From positions 1 through 35,047 of the forward strand of contig CAZWUZ010000008.1 in assembly GCA_964637655.1 (NCBI GenBank): a DNA stretch of 35,047 bases, given 5' to 3'. Shown one piece after another: positions 34,424-35,047 of the stretch. The notes under the pieces were generated by a model. It was not told the DNA's origin. It searched no databases and saw only the letters and a program-made list of their open reading frames with translations. A program made the position numbers and the translations under genes. Position 1 is the first letter of the stretch; each line of letters begins with the position of its first letter. The DNA comes from an uncultured bacterium. Lineage in GTDB: Bacteria; DAOPZR01.

Positions 34424-35047
34424 ATGCACACCGGGAAGAAGCGGGGGAGAGCGATGAAGGGACTGACTCTGATGGCGGCGGTGGCACTGCTGCTGGCAGC
34501 GGCGCTGCCGGCGGCGGCGGCCGACTTCCTCGTGGGGGCGCGCCCGCTGGGCATGGGGAGCGCCTACACGGCGATGGACGGTGACGTCAACTGCGTGCCG
34601 TGGAATCCCGCGGGACTGGCGACGGTGAACACGTTGCAGTTCACCAGTATGTACGCCGACCTCTACGAACTGAACTTCCTCAAGGAGAGCAACTTCGCGC
34701 TGGCGGTGCCGCTCGGCCGCGACCGCGGGGTGGCGGGTATCGGCTACTCGGCGCTGTCGATCGACTACGACTACCCGTCGTACTTCAACCTCAACACGCT
34801 GACCTGGCGCGACAGCGAACTCCGCCTGTCGTATGCCCGCCCGCTCAACAGCACGGTCAATCTCGGGGCGACGTTCAACTGGCTCTCCACGGTCTCCAAT
34901 GTGCAGGGGGGGCAGATGCAGGGGTACTCGTTCGACCTCGGGGTGACTGGTCAGGTCATGCCGCAGCTCACCCTCGGGGCGTCCTTCACCGATCTGCTCG
35001 CGCGCCGCAACTGGGACAGCGGTACGGATGAAAAGCCCGGAACCGGT
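34424..35047 (+). CDS. PorV/PorQ-family (FadL-like) outer-membrane beta-barrel protein, 3'-truncated at the window edge; absent from the ORF track
   Basis: Hand translation from ATG 34424 (SD AGGAGG at 34412-34417; alternative in-frame ATG 34454): MHTGKKRGRAMKGLTLMAAVALLLAAALPAAAADFLVGARPLGMGSAYTAMDGDVNCVPWNPAGLA...SELRLSYAR...VNLGATFNW...GYSFDLGV...LTLGASFTDL. It has a signal peptide, the GAR..GMG.A..A...D....WNPAGL motif and amphipathic strands, with no stop before 35047. Confidence 0.88.
   Translation, partial: MHTGKKRGRAMKGLTLMAAVALLLAAALPAAAADFLVGARPLGMGSAYTAMDGDVNCVPWNPAGLATVNTLQFTSMYADLYELNFLKESNFALAVPLGRDRGVAGIGYSALSIDYDYPSYFNLNTLTWRDSELRLSYARPLNSTVNLGATFNWLSTVSNVQGGQMQGYSFDLGVTGQVMPQLTLGASFTDLLARRNWDSGTDEKPGTG

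Noticed and set aside
20193-34487. Minus-strand ORFs of 584, 1128, 943 and 986 aa
   Set aside because: Antisense shadows of the 5976-aa gene; long ones appear only where GC3 is high.
34378-35031. ORF-track calls 34378-34584 and 34600-35031
   Set aside because: Wrong frames; the real gene is the open frame from 34424/34454 with the WNPAGL motif.

Overview
High-GC bacterial window with every gene on the + strand. A translationally coupled run holds a 5'-truncated UvrD/PcrA-family helicase, a HAMP-PAS histidine kinase, an NtrC-type sigma-54 activator, a secreted coiled-coil protein and a 3544-aa secreted protein (two PLD HKD motifs, lamin-tail, FN3 and Ig-like repeats, a ZU5-like HFS domain, a T9SS-like C-terminal domain). 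Next are a tRNA-Asp(GTC) with its own sigma-70 promoter and an AT-rich spacer. Then come a 5976-aa secreted repeat protein (about 11 copies of an unrecognised acidic domain, FlgD-Ig domains, an inserted vWA domain, a CTD-like tail) and a PorV/PorQ/FadL-like beta-barrel gene that the ORF track missed and that runs off the right edge. The best candidate system is a sigma-54-regulated, T9SS-like cargo-plus-barrel locus in an organism that does not look like Bacteroidota. Two -24/-12 motifs and two near-identical palindromes occur, one set inside the activator's own coding sequence and one upstream of the 5976-aa gene. All domain calls are by eye and all GC values are hand counts of single 60-nt lines.
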